Shown here: piece after piece, positions 1 through 8,801 of the stretch
Position numbering within the stretch: the stretch's first letter is position 1
Layout: the number at the start of each line of letters is the position of its first letter
Source: Massilicoli timonensis
GTDB lineage: Bacteria > Bacillota_I > Bacilli_A > Erysipelotrichales > Erysipelotrichaceae
Assembly: GCF_900199515.1 (NCBI RefSeq)
Contig: NZ_LT963433.1
Location: 120,001-152,000, forward strand
Reading direction: 5' to 3'
Length of the DNA stretch: 32,000 nt
The notes under the pieces: model-generated
What the model saw: only the letters and a program-made list of their open reading frames with translations
Told to the model about the DNA's origin: nothing
Database searches by the model: none
Program-made: the position numbers and the translations under genes

Positions 1-813
1 AATGGGCAAGCTGTCACCGAAGGTTGCCCATACGCCTGCGGCAATATCTGTCCACTGCGTCAGCTCCTCTTCGGTTTCACACAGTTTTGCAAGGTGGTTG
101 ACCGCCTCAACACTTCGGTCTTCCTCTCCCAAAATGGAATAAAAGTCCGTGTAGGCATTGCCTGCCTGTTCCGCCGTAAAGCCTGCGGTAGTAAACGCAG
201 CATCCAGTTTTGCCTGGTCTTCACGGTATTCCCGTGTGGATTCCGCCAAATCAAGAAAACTCTTTGTCAGTCCTGCAAGGGCAGCACCCGCCGCCGCAAC
301 GGAAGCACCAATGGCAACACCAAGACCCTTTACTACAGAACCGACCTTATCCAATTTGGAAGATGCGTCATCCGCATCCTTGGCAGTGCCCTCCATCTCA
401 TCACCGAAATTGTCAGCCTGCCTTGCTGCCTGCTGCATCTCATCTCCGAGTTCATCGATGGCTTTTTCATTCTGCTCCAGTTCACGCTCCATATTGTTAA
501 GGGCGGCTGTCGCATTATTAAGCTGAATCTGCCAGTTCTGTGTCCTGCGGTCATTTTCTCCGAAGAACTCGGAGGCATTGGCAAGAGCAGAACGGAGTGT
601 TTCGATTTTCTGTTTCTGTGCCTCGATTTCCTTATTCAGCACCTTGTTTCTTGCCGTAAGAGCTTCTACGGAACTGTCGTTTTTATCAAACTGCGACTGA
701 ACGACTTTCATTTCCGAGCCGAGAACCTTGAAGGACTGATTGATTTCGGACAGTGCCTTCTTGAATTCTTTCTCGCCCTCAAGACCGATTTTTAAGCCAA
801 AATCATCTGCCAC
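1..813 (-). CDS. Tail tape measure protein, N-terminal 271 codons (continues beyond window start)
   Basis: Absent from the ORF track because it has no stop in the window. My minus-strand translation from GTG at 813-811 (SD GGGAGGTGG upstream) gives VADDFGLKIGLEGEKEFKKALSEINQSF...TQWTDIAAGVWATFGDSLPI and stays open to base 1 (813 nt = 271 codons). It is coiled-coil-like and Ala/Gly-rich, and sits directly after the chaperone pair. Confidence 0.85.
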   Translation of the reverse strand, partial: MADDFGLKIGLEGEKEFKKALSEINQSFKVLGSEMKVVQSQFDKNDSSVEALTARNKVLNKEIEAQKQKIETLRSALANASEFFGENDRRTQNWQIQLNNATAALNNMERELEQNEKAIDELGDEMQQAARQADNFGDEMEGTAKDADDASSKLDKVGSVVKGLGVAIGASVAAAGAALAGLTKSFLDLAESTREYREDQAKLDAAFTTAGFTAEQAGNAYTDFYSILGEEDRSVEAVNHLAKLCETEEELTQWTDIAAGVWATFGDSLPI

Positions 814-831
814 TTCAAACCACCTCCCTCA

Positions 832-1403
832 TCAGATTCCGACAGGAATAATGTCATCAATGAAATATTCCCTTACAGGCTTCGCAAGCCCGTTATACTG
901 TTTGTGGCACTCCCATAAATCCAGGAGCAGACCAAACGGCATCAGCCACACCTCATCCTGGGTCAGATGCAGGTGGGCGATGCCGTAATATAAAAGTCGA
1001 GTAAATAACTCATCGTCACTTACTCGACCACTGCGTTTTTTGAGTCAGCCTCACTGACCACATTTCTTTTGGTGCCCTTATACAAAGCATCGGTAATGGC
1101 GGTCTTGTAATCTGCCAGATCAAGAGGTGTGGTCAGAAGTTCCACCATCTCCTCTGTAAGGACATCCTTCTTGTTTTCCTTGTTCTTCAGATTGTGGACA
1201 AGGATGGACTGATTGGCAAGCAAGGTAATCAGCCACACGATTTCGCCGATAGCCATCTCGAAGTTCTCGGATTTCATCAGCTTATCGCCAAGGTTCTCAA
1301 GACCGCCATAGCGTCCTGCGATTTCCTTGGTTGCCCGGGTAGTGAGAAGCAAAGTATACTCGTCACCGCCAATATTGATATTTGCAGAGCGTTCTTTATC
1401 CAT
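832..1403 (-). CDS. Tail assembly chaperone GT-like fusion made by programmed -1 frameshift at 1041-1035
   Basis: The -1 frame is open from the heptamer to TGA at 834-832 and adds 67 aa (RSGRVSDDELFTRLLYYGIAHLHLTQDEVWLMPFGLLLDLWECHKQYNGLAKPVREYFIDDIIPVGI). This extension has no start codon or SD of its own near its 5' end. Confidence 0.7.
1020..1403 (-). CDS. Tail assembly chaperone (G-like, zero-frame product, 127 aa)
   Basis: ATG at 1403 with SD AAGGAGGA. Lies between the major tail and tape measure genes and has a slippery heptamer near its 3' end. Confidence 0.8.
   Translation of the reverse strand: MDKERSANINIGGDEYTLLLTTRATKEIAGRYGGLENLGDKLMKSENFEMAIGEIVWLITLLANQSILVHNLKNKENKKDVLTEEMVELLTTPLDLADYKTAITDALYKGTKRNVVSEADSKNAVVE
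1035..1041 (-). other. -1 ribosomal frameshift slippery heptamer A_AAA_AAC
   Basis: Minus strand reads TCA AAA AAC in the chaperone zero frame (plus strand GTTTTTT at 1035-1041). This is the X_XXY_YYZ pattern, 6 codons before the zero-frame stop. Confidence 0.7.
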
Positions 1404-1417
1404 GTGTCATATCCTCC

Positions 1418-2014
1418 TTATTCCGCGGCCTCGGTAGCGTAGGAAGGTTCATACACTTCCTGATACCAGTTCGTGATAACATCCGCTGCAACAGCAGAAT
1501 CTCCCTCTGTAACCTCTGCCTTCCAAGGGTGCTTGTTCTGACCGTCCACCTTGTTACGGCGGAGAATCGTACCCTCGATGGTAGGCGTACTGAAAGTGAT
1601 GCTGTCACCCTTGGTGGCAAGGTTTGTGGCAGGGATACCGAACTTCACACGGTAAAGCCAGTAATACTTGTACTTGCCGTTGGATTTCTTGGCACGGAAA
1701 CCCACAGCCACAGGCTCACCGCCGTCCTCACTTGTGGAAACCACAACGCCGTTTGCATCGATGGTAGCGCCTGTAAGGTCAGATGCCGTAGAAGCACCGA
1801 TATCGTCCACACCCAGGGAAAGAGTGCCGGCCTTAAATTCCTTCACGATTTCCGATGCACCGTCATCGGCATAAAGGGTTGCTTCTGCAAGTTCCACCGA
1901 CAAATCGGCGGTCATTGCCTTTGCCAACTGTACCGGAGATGCATAGGTTTCGTTTCCGTTCTCGTCTTCGGTGATTTTGGCATAATACAGTTTGTCAAGA
2001 CCAATAGTAGCCAT
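1418..2014 (-). CDS. Major tail protein (phi13-like family)
   Basis: 198 aa starting MATIGLDKLYYAKITEDENG, which resembles phi13-family major tail proteins. SD GGAGGA. Sits upstream of the chaperone and tape measure genes. Confidence 0.8.
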   Translation of the reverse strand: MATIGLDKLYYAKITEDENGNETYASPVQLAKAMTADLSVELAEATLYADDGASEIVKEFKAGTLSLGVDDIGASTASDLTGATIDANGVVVSTSEDGGEPVAVGFRAKKSNGKYKYYWLYRVKFGIPATNLATKGDSITFSTPTIEGTILRRNKVDGQNKHPWKAEVTEGDSAVAADVITNWYQEVYEPSYATEAAE

Positions 2015-2017
2015 TGA

Positions 2018-2359
2018 TTATTCCTCCATTTCATAATGTTTTGCCACATCCACGTTGTAATGGAAGTAGCCTGTTTCTGTTTCATAACCGATGTATCTTC
2101 GGTCAGTTATGGTAAAATCCGCACCAAGCATGGCACGGACGATTGCGTTTTTCTCTTTGGTATAGCTGCCTTTGGCATACAGGGAAATTCGTGCCTCCTG
2201 GATATCGCATCCGGGAGCGTTATCCGAATGAAGTGCAAAGCTGTCTGCCATCGGCACGATTACGATATATTTCTCCGGCGCATCATCCTTAAAGACACCC
2301 GTTTCAAGCGGGATGCCCAAAGGCTCCAGAGCCGTATTGATATCTGAAAGTACGCTCAC
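2018..2359 (-). CDS. Tail completion / tail terminator-like structural protein (assigned by position)
   Basis: 113 aa. GTG start overlaps the upstream TGA (GTGA), with SD GAGGAGGT 9 nt upstream. Lies between the gp10-like gene and the major tail gene. Confidence 0.55.
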   Translation of the reverse strand: MSVLSDINTALEPLGIPLETGVFKDDAPEKYIVIVPMADSFALHSDNAPGCDIQEARISLYAKGSYTKEKNAIVRAMLGADFTITDRRYIGYETETGYFHYNVDVAKHYEMEE

Positions 2360-2787
2360 AGCTTTCTGACCTCCTCTTCAAATTTATCCTGCATGGCACT
2401 GATACAGGCAGCACGGGATGCTGTTTTTGCGGGTTTCATAAAAGGTTTGGCAGGCTGACCGTGTTTGCCGTATTCGATGATATTGGCGAGTTTTGCGTTG
2501 CTGATGCCATCACGGCGGGGTTCTGCAAAGCCAACCTTGATGTTGTGATTGCCGTTCTTATCCATCTTCACAGAGGACAGACCAAGCGCCGACTCCAGTT
2601 CCCCCGTGGAACGGGACTCATATTTTGTACCGTTTCCGATTACGGAAGAAAGATTGCTCTGTGCCTTGGCAAGAACAATCTCGCCTCCGGCTTCAAGCAT
2701 CTTTTCTGCCACGGGGTCAAAATTAGAGCCGAGCCGTGAAACACGTTGCAAAAACTCCTCTGGCATTTTAATATCCACTTTAGCCAC
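2356..2787 (-). CDS. HK97 gp10-family head-tail joining protein
   Basis: Motifs ...ANIIEYGKHGQPAKPFMKPA are typical of the HK97 gp10 family. I place the start at GTG 2787 (SD AAGGTGG, overlaps the upstream stop) rather than the ORF-track start at 2811. Confidence 0.7.
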   Translation of the reverse strand: MAKVDIKMPEEFLQRVSRLGSNFDPVAEKMLEAGGEIVLAKAQSNLSSVIGNGTKYESRSTGELESALGLSSVKMDKNGNHNIKVGFAEPRRDGISNAKLANIIEYGKHGQPAKPFMKPAKTASRAACISAMQDKFEEEVRKL

Positions 2788-3115
2788 TGGTCGCCACCAC
2801 CTTTTTCGCAAGCACCTCCGTATACATCCCTCTGCCTTTCACATCTTCAACGGATGTGATTTCAAAGCGTCCGTCCTCACATACCAAAATATGGTCTGTG
2901 GTAATGGCAAGACCGGGAATGCATCGGAATCGGAACAGGTCGGTTGCCTCGGAGAACGCAGCGAGGTTTGCCCACCGTTCACTGCCGTGGCGACCTTCTC
3001 TGTACACACGGACAGATGCGAGGATTTCATCCGCCGTAGTGGTGAAACCCTCGCTGTCCTTAATGCGTTTTGTAATGACAATATCAGCAAAGCCGTTCAT
3101 TTTTCCGAAACTCAT
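2780..3115 (-). CDS. Head-tail adaptor / head closure protein (SPP1 gp16-like)
   Basis: 111 aa. ATG is 1 nt after the upstream TGA. The size and its place between the gp6-like and gp10-like genes fit this family. Confidence 0.65.
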   Translation of the reverse strand: MSFGKMNGFADIVITKRIKDSEGFTTTADEILASVRVYREGRHGSERWANLAAFSEATDLFRFRCIPGLAITTDHILVCEDGRFEITSVEDVKGRGMYTEVLAKKVVATSG

Positions 3116-3116
3116 G

Positions 3117-3428
3117 TCACACCTTCCAATCTCGGTCGAGCCTTAATAGAAGATTGACCGTATTCCAGACCTGCTGTCCGGCTTGCACGTTGTCGGCAAA
3201 GAAACCGCCCGTAGAGCCGTCCCTTGATTCATAGAAATGCGATGCCAACATAATCACGGCCTGTTCCGTGGTAGCGGGCATCGCATTTTCCGTATAATAT
3301 CCTGCTTGGATGTGCTGATAGCTTTCCGCATAAGAAACGGCGGCAGTGATGAACCTTTCAATCAGTCCATCATCCACCGAATGCTCCAGTATCAGATTTT
3401 CTTTGACCTTCTTAAGAAGTTCGCTCAT
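3117..3428 (-). CDS. Head-tail connector protein (phage gp6-like)
   Basis: MSELLKKVKENLILEHSVDDGLIERFITAAVSYAESY resembles the gp6-like connector family. ATG at 3428 with SD GGGAGGTGG. Sits directly after the capsid gene. Confidence 0.7.
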   Translation of the reverse strand: MSELLKKVKENLILEHSVDDGLIERFITAAVSYAESYQHIQAGYYTENAMPATTEQAVIMLASHFYESRDGSTGGFFADNVQAGQQVWNTVNLLLRLDRDWKV

Positions 3429-3445
3429 CACTGCCACCTCCCATC

Positions 3446-4648
3446 TTAGGCAGCAGCCATCTTGAGGAGCTTCACGGCTTCGGCAAGAATCAGCTTACCG
3501 TCCACACGCTCCTTCGCAACAAAGCCGACCATACCGTTTCCGGCGAAGAGTTCCTTCAGTTCCGCAAAGGAACGAGTACCACGGTCGCCAATGTTGTAGT
3601 AGTGGAAGTCACCGAATGCCACTGCAGGAAGTCCGGCAGTAATTTCAGGGAAGTAAGGAGAGGTATAGACCTTGTAACCCAGCAAATGACCAGGTTCTCC
3701 CTCCTGGATGGAATCCTGCCAGAGGTAACGGCCGTTTTTGTCAGTCAGCTTACGGATAGCTGCCAAAGTACGGTCATTGCAGAGGAAACAAGCATTCTTA
3801 CGGTAAGGACGCTTAAGGGAGTACACAAGGTCTATGATTTCATCGGAAGTGATTTCTGTTGCAGATGCGGCAGTCACACCGATTTCAGCACCGCCTTCCT
3901 CGGCAAGCAGACCTAAAGGCTGACCAGTGCCGGTACCGTTGAGGAAGGCATCCTCTTCGGCATTTGCCAGAGCCTTGGAGAACTGGCGGATGATGTAATT
4001 CTCAAGACCAAAGGCATTGTCATACAGAAGTTCCTCGGTTACCTTAACGGCAACATGGAGTTTGTGTGCGTCCAGGTTGATCTGGGCGAACTTCGCATCA
4101 CCCCAGGTGAGTTCCTCACCCTCGTCAATCCACGCAGCCGCAGGCTTAGTGGCAGCTATGTTGATTTTACGCTCACCGCTTGTGGTGATGGTGTGCCCCA
4201 GCTTACGGAAGATGTTCTCTTCCTCCAATGCCTCGATAAGGCGGGTGTCATACTCTTCGGGTACGAGATAACCGCCGTCTGCATCCACGCCCTCCTGGAG
4301 AACATTGGAAACATTACGGAAGTTGGTACGGAGAGCCTTAAGCATACCGTCCTTATAGGCATCGGAAGCACGTCCGGTCTTTTCCTTCTTGCCGTCCATA
4401 GGTTTGCCGTTCATAGGCTTTTCAGTGATGGGAGCAGAGGTAGGCTTGGAAAGCTGTGCATCCATAGCGGACATAGCCTCCATACGCTCGATTTCAGCGC
4501 CGTAGTCCTGAACCTTCTTCTCCATCTGTGCATAGGTCTTTGCATCCTCATCGGAAAGCAGACCGTCCTTGTCGCGCTTGGTTTCCACAAAAGCCTTTGC
4601 AGCCTCCCAAGCCTGGTTACGCTTTTCGCGCAGTTCGTTGATAGTCAT
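3446..4648 (-). CDS. Major capsid protein, HK97 family
   Basis: 400 aa with an N-terminal coiled-coil delta-like region (MTINELREKRNQAWEAAKAFVE...). SD GGAGGT. Follows the ClpP-like protease and portal genes. Confidence 0.9.
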   Translation of the reverse strand: MTINELREKRNQAWEAAKAFVETKRDKDGLLSDEDAKTYAQMEKKVQDYGAEIERMEAMSAMDAQLSKPTSAPITEKPMNGKPMDGKKEKTGRASDAYKDGMLKALRTNFRNVSNVLQEGVDADGGYLVPEEYDTRLIEALEEENIFRKLGHTITTSGERKINIAATKPAAAWIDEGEELTWGDAKFAQINLDAHKLHVAVKVTEELLYDNAFGLENYIIRQFSKALANAEEDAFLNGTGTGQPLGLLAEEGGAEIGVTAASATEITSDEIIDLVYSLKRPYRKNACFLCNDRTLAAIRKLTDKNGRYLWQDSIQEGEPGHLLGYKVYTSPYFPEITAGLPAVAFGDFHYYNIGDRGTRSFAELKELFAGNGMVGFVAKERVDGKLILAEAVKLLKMAAA

Positions 4649-4654
4649 AATAAA

Positions 4655-5383
4655 TTACCTCCAATTTTTAATAAGATTTAGCCTGTCCATAAGGTCATCG
4701 GCTTTGGTTTTTCGGGTTTCTTCGGACTTGATTGCACACTTGGCGGCAACCTTATCCATAAGGGAATTGACCACATTTGCCTTGGAATAAAGCATAGACA
4801 CCTGCGGCACTTCCACTTCGTCCGTGGTAGTTCTCTGCATGATTTCATCAGCAAAGCCAAGTTCCACGGCCTTGTTTGCGTCCATCCATGTTTCTGCATC
4901 CATGAGGTGGGACAGCTTTGTACGGGACAATCCTGTCTTAATCTCATAGGCATTGATGATGGAATCCTTGACACTACCGAGCATATCGATGGCTTTCTGC
5001 ATTTCGCCGGAATCACCGAATGCTACCGTCATAGGATTGTGAATCATCATCATGGATACCGGGGACATCAGCACTTTCGTTCCTGCCATCGCAATCACGG
5101 ATGCTGCGGAGGCAGCGATGCCGTCAATCTTGACCGTGACATTGCCCTTGTAATCCATCAGCATATTGTAGATCTGGGCTGCTGCCACGCAGTCACCGCC
5201 GGGTGAGTTAATCCACACGGTAATATCACCGGAGCCTGCCATGAGTTCGTCCTTGAAAAGCTGTGGAGTGACGTCATCGTCAAACCAGCTTTCTTCTGCG
5301 ATTGTTCCGTTCAGAAACAGTGTCCTCGCCTCCGGCATCGTTTCCGTCTGTGCCTGGTTCTTCCACTTCCAGAACTTCTTCAT
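4655..5383 (-). CDS. Prohead maturation protease, ClpP/S14-like
   Basis: INSPGGDCVAAAQIYNML, GIAASAASVIAMAG and MMMIHNP are ClpP-like motifs. Start set at ATG 5383 (perfect SD AAAGGAGGAAAATTCCG-ATG), not the ORF-track start at 5437. Confidence 0.9.
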   Translation of the reverse strand: MKKFWKWKNQAQTETMPEARTLFLNGTIAEESWFDDDVTPQLFKDELMAGSGDITVWINSPGGDCVAAAQIYNMLMDYKGNVTVKIDGIAASAASVIAMAGTKVLMSPVSMMMIHNPMTVAFGDSGEMQKAIDMLGSVKDSIINAYEIKTGLSRTKLSHLMDAETWMDANKAVELGFADEIMQRTTTDEVEVPQVSMLYSKANVVNSLMDKVAAKCAIKSEETRKTKADDLMDRLNLIKNWR

Positions 5384-6644
5384 CGGAATTTTCCTCCTTT
5401 CCGTCATTGTCGGTTGCATTTGCAAAAGCACCCGCATCTTTCAGAGGGAGCATATTGCCGTTGATAAGGTAAAGGTCGCCGCCTTCTTCCGCAGGGATAC
5501 GGTCGAGGTTTTCCAGTTCGCGGATATCGTTTGCCGACATCCAACCGTTCTGACGACCAATGGCGTAGCCGTTCATACGGCTCTGATAATCGCCACGGAG
5601 CAGGCCTTCCACATTGAATTTCACAAAGTAGCATTTCTTTTCATCCTGTGACAGGAGCGTCCTCTGAATGGACTGCTCCCAACGAATGACCCAGGGGTCA
5701 AGGGTGTATTTCACAAACTCAAGGGACTGCTGCTCTATATTAGAAAAGCTCGACTTCTCAAGGTCGCCCACCATATGGGGAGGGACTCTGAAAATTCGAG
5801 CAATTTCATTGATTTGGAACTTCCTTGTTTCAAGGAACTGTGCCTGTTCCGGGGAGATGGAAATCGGTGTATACTTCATTCCTTCTTCCAGAACAGCCAC
5901 CTTATTGGAGTTGGAACTGCCGCCAAAGGCAGCCTGCCAGCTTTCTCTGACCCTCTGCGGATCCTTGATGGTGCTTGGGTGTTCCAACACACCGCCCGGC
6001 GTTGCACCGTTGGCGAAGAACTTGGCACCGTATTCCTCACAGGCAATCGCCATGCCGATGGCGTTCTTTGCCATAGCAATCGGACTGTATCCCACAAGGC
6101 CGTCAAACCCAAGTCCCGGAATATGAAGCACATCGGAAGGCTGCAAGGTTACTGCAAACTCCTTATTTTTGATAGCCTCATCGGGACCACGGTAATAGGT
6201 GTAGTACAGATGTCCGTTTTCATCCCTGTCCACACTCATCTTGTTTGGCATCAGCGGATACAGGGCAACCACCTCATTCTTGCCGTTTCGGATAACCTGG
6301 GCATAGGCATTGCCCCACAGGAGCAGATGGGTCATGAGGGTCTCTCGGAATACGAAAGAACTCATTTCCGGATTCGGCTCATCATGGAGCAATCGGTAAA
6401 GAGGATGGTCGATGGCTTTTTCCTTGCCACCATCATCGTTATATTTATATAAATGCAAAGGCAAGCCTGCCACGGCTTCAGCCAGGATACGGACACAGGA
6501 ATACACCGCCGTCATCTGCATGGCAGAACGCTCTGTCACTGCTTTGCCGGAAGTCGTACCGCCCATATAAAAGGTGTAAGCACTGCCTGCCGTTCTGTTT
6601 TCAGGCTTATCTCTGGACTTAAACATTCCCGTAAAAATACCCAT
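5280..6644 (-). CDS. Portal protein, HK97 family
   Basis: 454 aa, placed between terL and the protease. Family-like sequence with an acidic C-terminal tail. Confidence 0.9.
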   Translation of the reverse strand: MGIFTGMFKSRDKPENRTAGSAYTFYMGGTTSGKAVTERSAMQMTAVYSCVRILAEAVAGLPLHLYKYNDDGGKEKAIDHPLYRLLHDEPNPEMSSFVFRETLMTHLLLWGNAYAQVIRNGKNEVVALYPLMPNKMSVDRDENGHLYYTYYRGPDEAIKNKEFAVTLQPSDVLHIPGLGFDGLVGYSPIAMAKNAIGMAIACEEYGAKFFANGATPGGVLEHPSTIKDPQRVRESWQAAFGGSSNSNKVAVLEEGMKYTPISISPEQAQFLETRKFQINEIARIFRVPPHMVGDLEKSSFSNIEQQSLEFVKYTLDPWVIRWEQSIQRTLLSQDEKKCYFVKFNVEGLLRGDYQSRMNGYAIGRQNGWMSANDIRELENLDRIPAEEGGDLYLINGNMLPLKDAGAFANATDNDGKEENSDEEVLEVEEPGTDGNDAGGEDTVSERNNRRRKLV

Positions 6645-6662
6645 ATCAAATCACGCTCCTTC

Positions 6663-8267
6663 CTAAATAAACAAAATGCCGCGGTCATCGTACACGCTGG
6701 CACTATTGGTGTTGCCACAGCGGATTGCACGGTCGAGCGCCATAATGGTAGCAACAGCACCGTCAATCTTTTCTGTGGATTTGGCTTTGTCAGCCTTGAT
6801 GTTTCCGGCAGGGTCGGTCTTGATGTAGATGTTATCCATCATCCAACGAAGAACGGGATGCCCGCCGTGTGCCAGTTTCTTCTCCATCGCAAGTTTCATT
6901 AGCTCCTTGGTTGGAGGAGACATATCCTTGTACCCTTGACCGAAAGGCACTACTGTAAATCCCATACCCTCAAGGTTCTGCACCATCTGCACAGCACCCC
7001 AACGGTCATATGCGATTTCACGGATGTTGTATTTCTCGCCCAATGACTCGATGAATTTCTCAATGTAACCGTAATGGACTACATTGCCCTCGGTGGTCAT
7101 AAGCAAGTCCTGTCGTTCCCAAATGTCATACGGCACATGGTCACGCCGCACACGCAGGTCGATGTTATCTTCCGGTATCCAGAAGTATGGAAGAATGATG
7201 TATTTATCATCCTCATCTTCCGGTGGGAACACCAACACGAAAGCTGTGATGTCCGTTGTGGAAGAAAGGTCAAGACCACCATAGCAGACACGGCCTTCCA
7301 GTTCAGATTTGTCGGTAGGAAACGCACAGGCATCCCACACCGCCATCGGCATCCAACGGACAGCCTGCTTGACCCATTGATTAAGCCTTAACTGACGAAA
7401 GGCATTCTCTTCTCCGGGGTTTTGCTTTGCCTGTTCACAGGCTTGCTGCACCTTGTCGATGCCAACCGTCACACCCAGGGATGGATTTGCTTTCTTCCAT
7501 ACTTCCGGGTCTGTCCAATCGTCATCGTCCTCTGCACCGTAAATCACAGGGTAGAAGGTAGGGTCAACTTTTCGACCTTCGATGATGTCCTTTGCCTTCT
7601 GGTGGGTTTCATAACAGATGGACTGTGTATCGTTTCCCGCCGTGGTGATCAGGAAATAAAGCGGCTGCATTCTTGCATCGCCGGAACCCTTGGTCATTAC
7701 ATCAAACAGTTTTCTGTTCGGTTGGGTATGCAGCTCATCAAAAATAACGCCGTGGGTATTGAAACCGTGCTTGTTTGCCACATCCGCAGACAGTGCCTTG
7801 TACTTACTTCCTGTAGGATTGTAGGTCATGGTCTTCTGGCTTGCCTGGATGGTCATTTTATTTTTCAGCAGAGGACTTCGCCTTACCATCTCCAAAGCAA
7901 CGTCAAATACGATTCGTGCTTGGTCTTTATCCGCAGCACAGCCGTAAACCTCTGCACCCGGCTCAAAGTCAGCACACAGAAGATACAATGCCACAGCCGC
8001 TGCAAGTTCCGATTTGCCTTGTTTCTTCGGTATCTCGATATAAGCTGTGTTAAACTGTCTGTATCCGTTTGGTTTCAGAACACCGAAAATATCACGGATA
8101 ATCTGCTCCTGCCAGTCAATCAGTTCAAATGGCTTTCCATCCCATGTGCCTTTGGTATGACAGCAGAATTTTTCGATAAAGCATACTGCGTGGTCGGCAG
8201 CATCTTTATCGTAATAGCTGCCCTCCGCCATAAAGCGGGTTGGTTTGTAGTTTTTCAGTTTTCGCAA
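6663..8267 (-). CDS. terL: Terminase large subunit
   Basis: 534 aa with a Walker A-like IPKKQGKSEL. TTG start at 8267 with SD GAGGAGGTGA 6 nt upstream. Lies upstream of the portal gene. Confidence 0.92.
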   Translation of the reverse strand: MRKLKNYKPTRFMAEGSYYDKDAADHAVCFIEKFCCHTKGTWDGKPFELIDWQEQIIRDIFGVLKPNGYRQFNTAYIEIPKKQGKSELAAAVALYLLCADFEPGAEVYGCAADKDQARIVFDVALEMVRRSPLLKNKMTIQASQKTMTYNPTGSKYKALSADVANKHGFNTHGVIFDELHTQPNRKLFDVMTKGSGDARMQPLYFLITTAGNDTQSICYETHQKAKDIIEGRKVDPTFYPVIYGAEDDDDWTDPEVWKKANPSLGVTVGIDKVQQACEQAKQNPGEENAFRQLRLNQWVKQAVRWMPMAVWDACAFPTDKSELEGRVCYGGLDLSSTTDITAFVLVFPPEDEDDKYIILPYFWIPEDNIDLRVRRDHVPYDIWERQDLLMTTEGNVVHYGYIEKFIESLGEKYNIREIAYDRWGAVQMVQNLEGMGFTVVPFGQGYKDMSPPTKELMKLAMEKKLAHGGHPVLRWMMDNIYIKTDPAGNIKADKAKSTEKIDGAVATIMALDRAIRCGNTNSASVYDDRGILFI

Positions 8268-8302
8268 ATGCCGTCACCTCCTCAAAAATGGCATAAAAAA
8301 TA

Positions 8303-8325
8303 GCCGCCACCGTAATCGGTGCGAC
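8303..8325 (-). terminator. Candidate intrinsic terminator in the terL leader
   Basis: Minus strand GUCGCACCG-AUUA-CGGUG(G)CGGC forms 9 bp with one bulge. It is followed by UAUUUUUUAU (plus-strand A-run at 8295-8300), about 30 nt before the terL TTG. Confidence 0.5.
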
Positions 8326-8337
8326 CTTCGTATACGA

Positions 8338-8362
8338 GGAACAGAGCCTCACGGCTCCGTCC
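8338..8362 (-). other. Minus-strand RNA stem-loop, no U-tract
   Basis: GGACGGAGCC-GUGA-GGCUCUGUUC gives 10 bp including two G.U pairs. On the plus strand these become A.C mismatches. Confidence 0.4.
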
Positions 8363-8379
8363 TGCCTTTACAGGATTTT

Positions 8380-8619
8380 TTAATTGTGTTCGTTCAGCAA
8401 AATGCAAAGAGCAAGGTTTGCTTCTTCGGTTATGGGTTCAACATCCCAACCTCTGTCGTAGTTGGCAATAATCCCGCCATCGAGTTTCAGCATCAGCTTG
8501 CTGATTTTTCCGCCGTTGATGCCGAACCGGCTGCCTTCCTCATAAGCCTTAATCCAGTAGTGGACTGCCTTGTAACCGCCGTCCTTTTGCGGAATACCGA
8601 TTGTTCCTTCTTTCCACAT
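8380..8619 (-). CDS. Hypothetical protein (79 aa)
   Basis: ATG with SD GGAGGA. Last gene of the cargo island. No family recognised. Confidence 0.6.
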   Translation of the reverse strand: MWKEGTIGIPQKDGGYKAVHYWIKAYEEGSRFGINGGKISKLMLKLDGGIIANYDRGWDVEPITEEANLALCILLNEHN

Positions 8620-8621
8620 AG

Positions 8622-8801
8622 TCAGTCCTCCATTTTGCCTGTAAGAATGAAGTGGGTGTATTCCTTTCGGTGTTCCTCAAGATACACCACTAATTCGTAA
8701 AAATGCATCTCGTTGGCAATGTATTGTACCATCGGCACATCAAACATATTGGTACGTCCGGTTGCTCGGATGGCGAGAATCTGTTCCTTGATTTTATTCA
8801 T
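8622..8801 (-). CDS. DUF5049-like small protein
   Basis: MNKIKEQILAIRATGRTNMFDVPMVQYIANEMHFYELVVYLEEHRKEY matches my memory of DUF5049 proteins. ATG at 8801 with SD AAGGAGGT, overlapping the upstream stop by 8 nt. Confidence 0.6.
   Translation of the reverse strand: MNKIKEQILAIRATGRTNMFDVPMVQYIANEMHFYELVVYLEEHRKEYTHFILTGKMED

Noticed and set aside
94-795. Long plus-strand ORFs here and elsewhere (for example 4055-4681, 7422-8303, 21011-21865, 30457-31290)
   Set aside because: Each lies antisense to a minus-strand gene with clear family motifs. They lack SD sequences and have low-complexity, Cys/Arg/Leu-rich translations typical of shadow ORFs.
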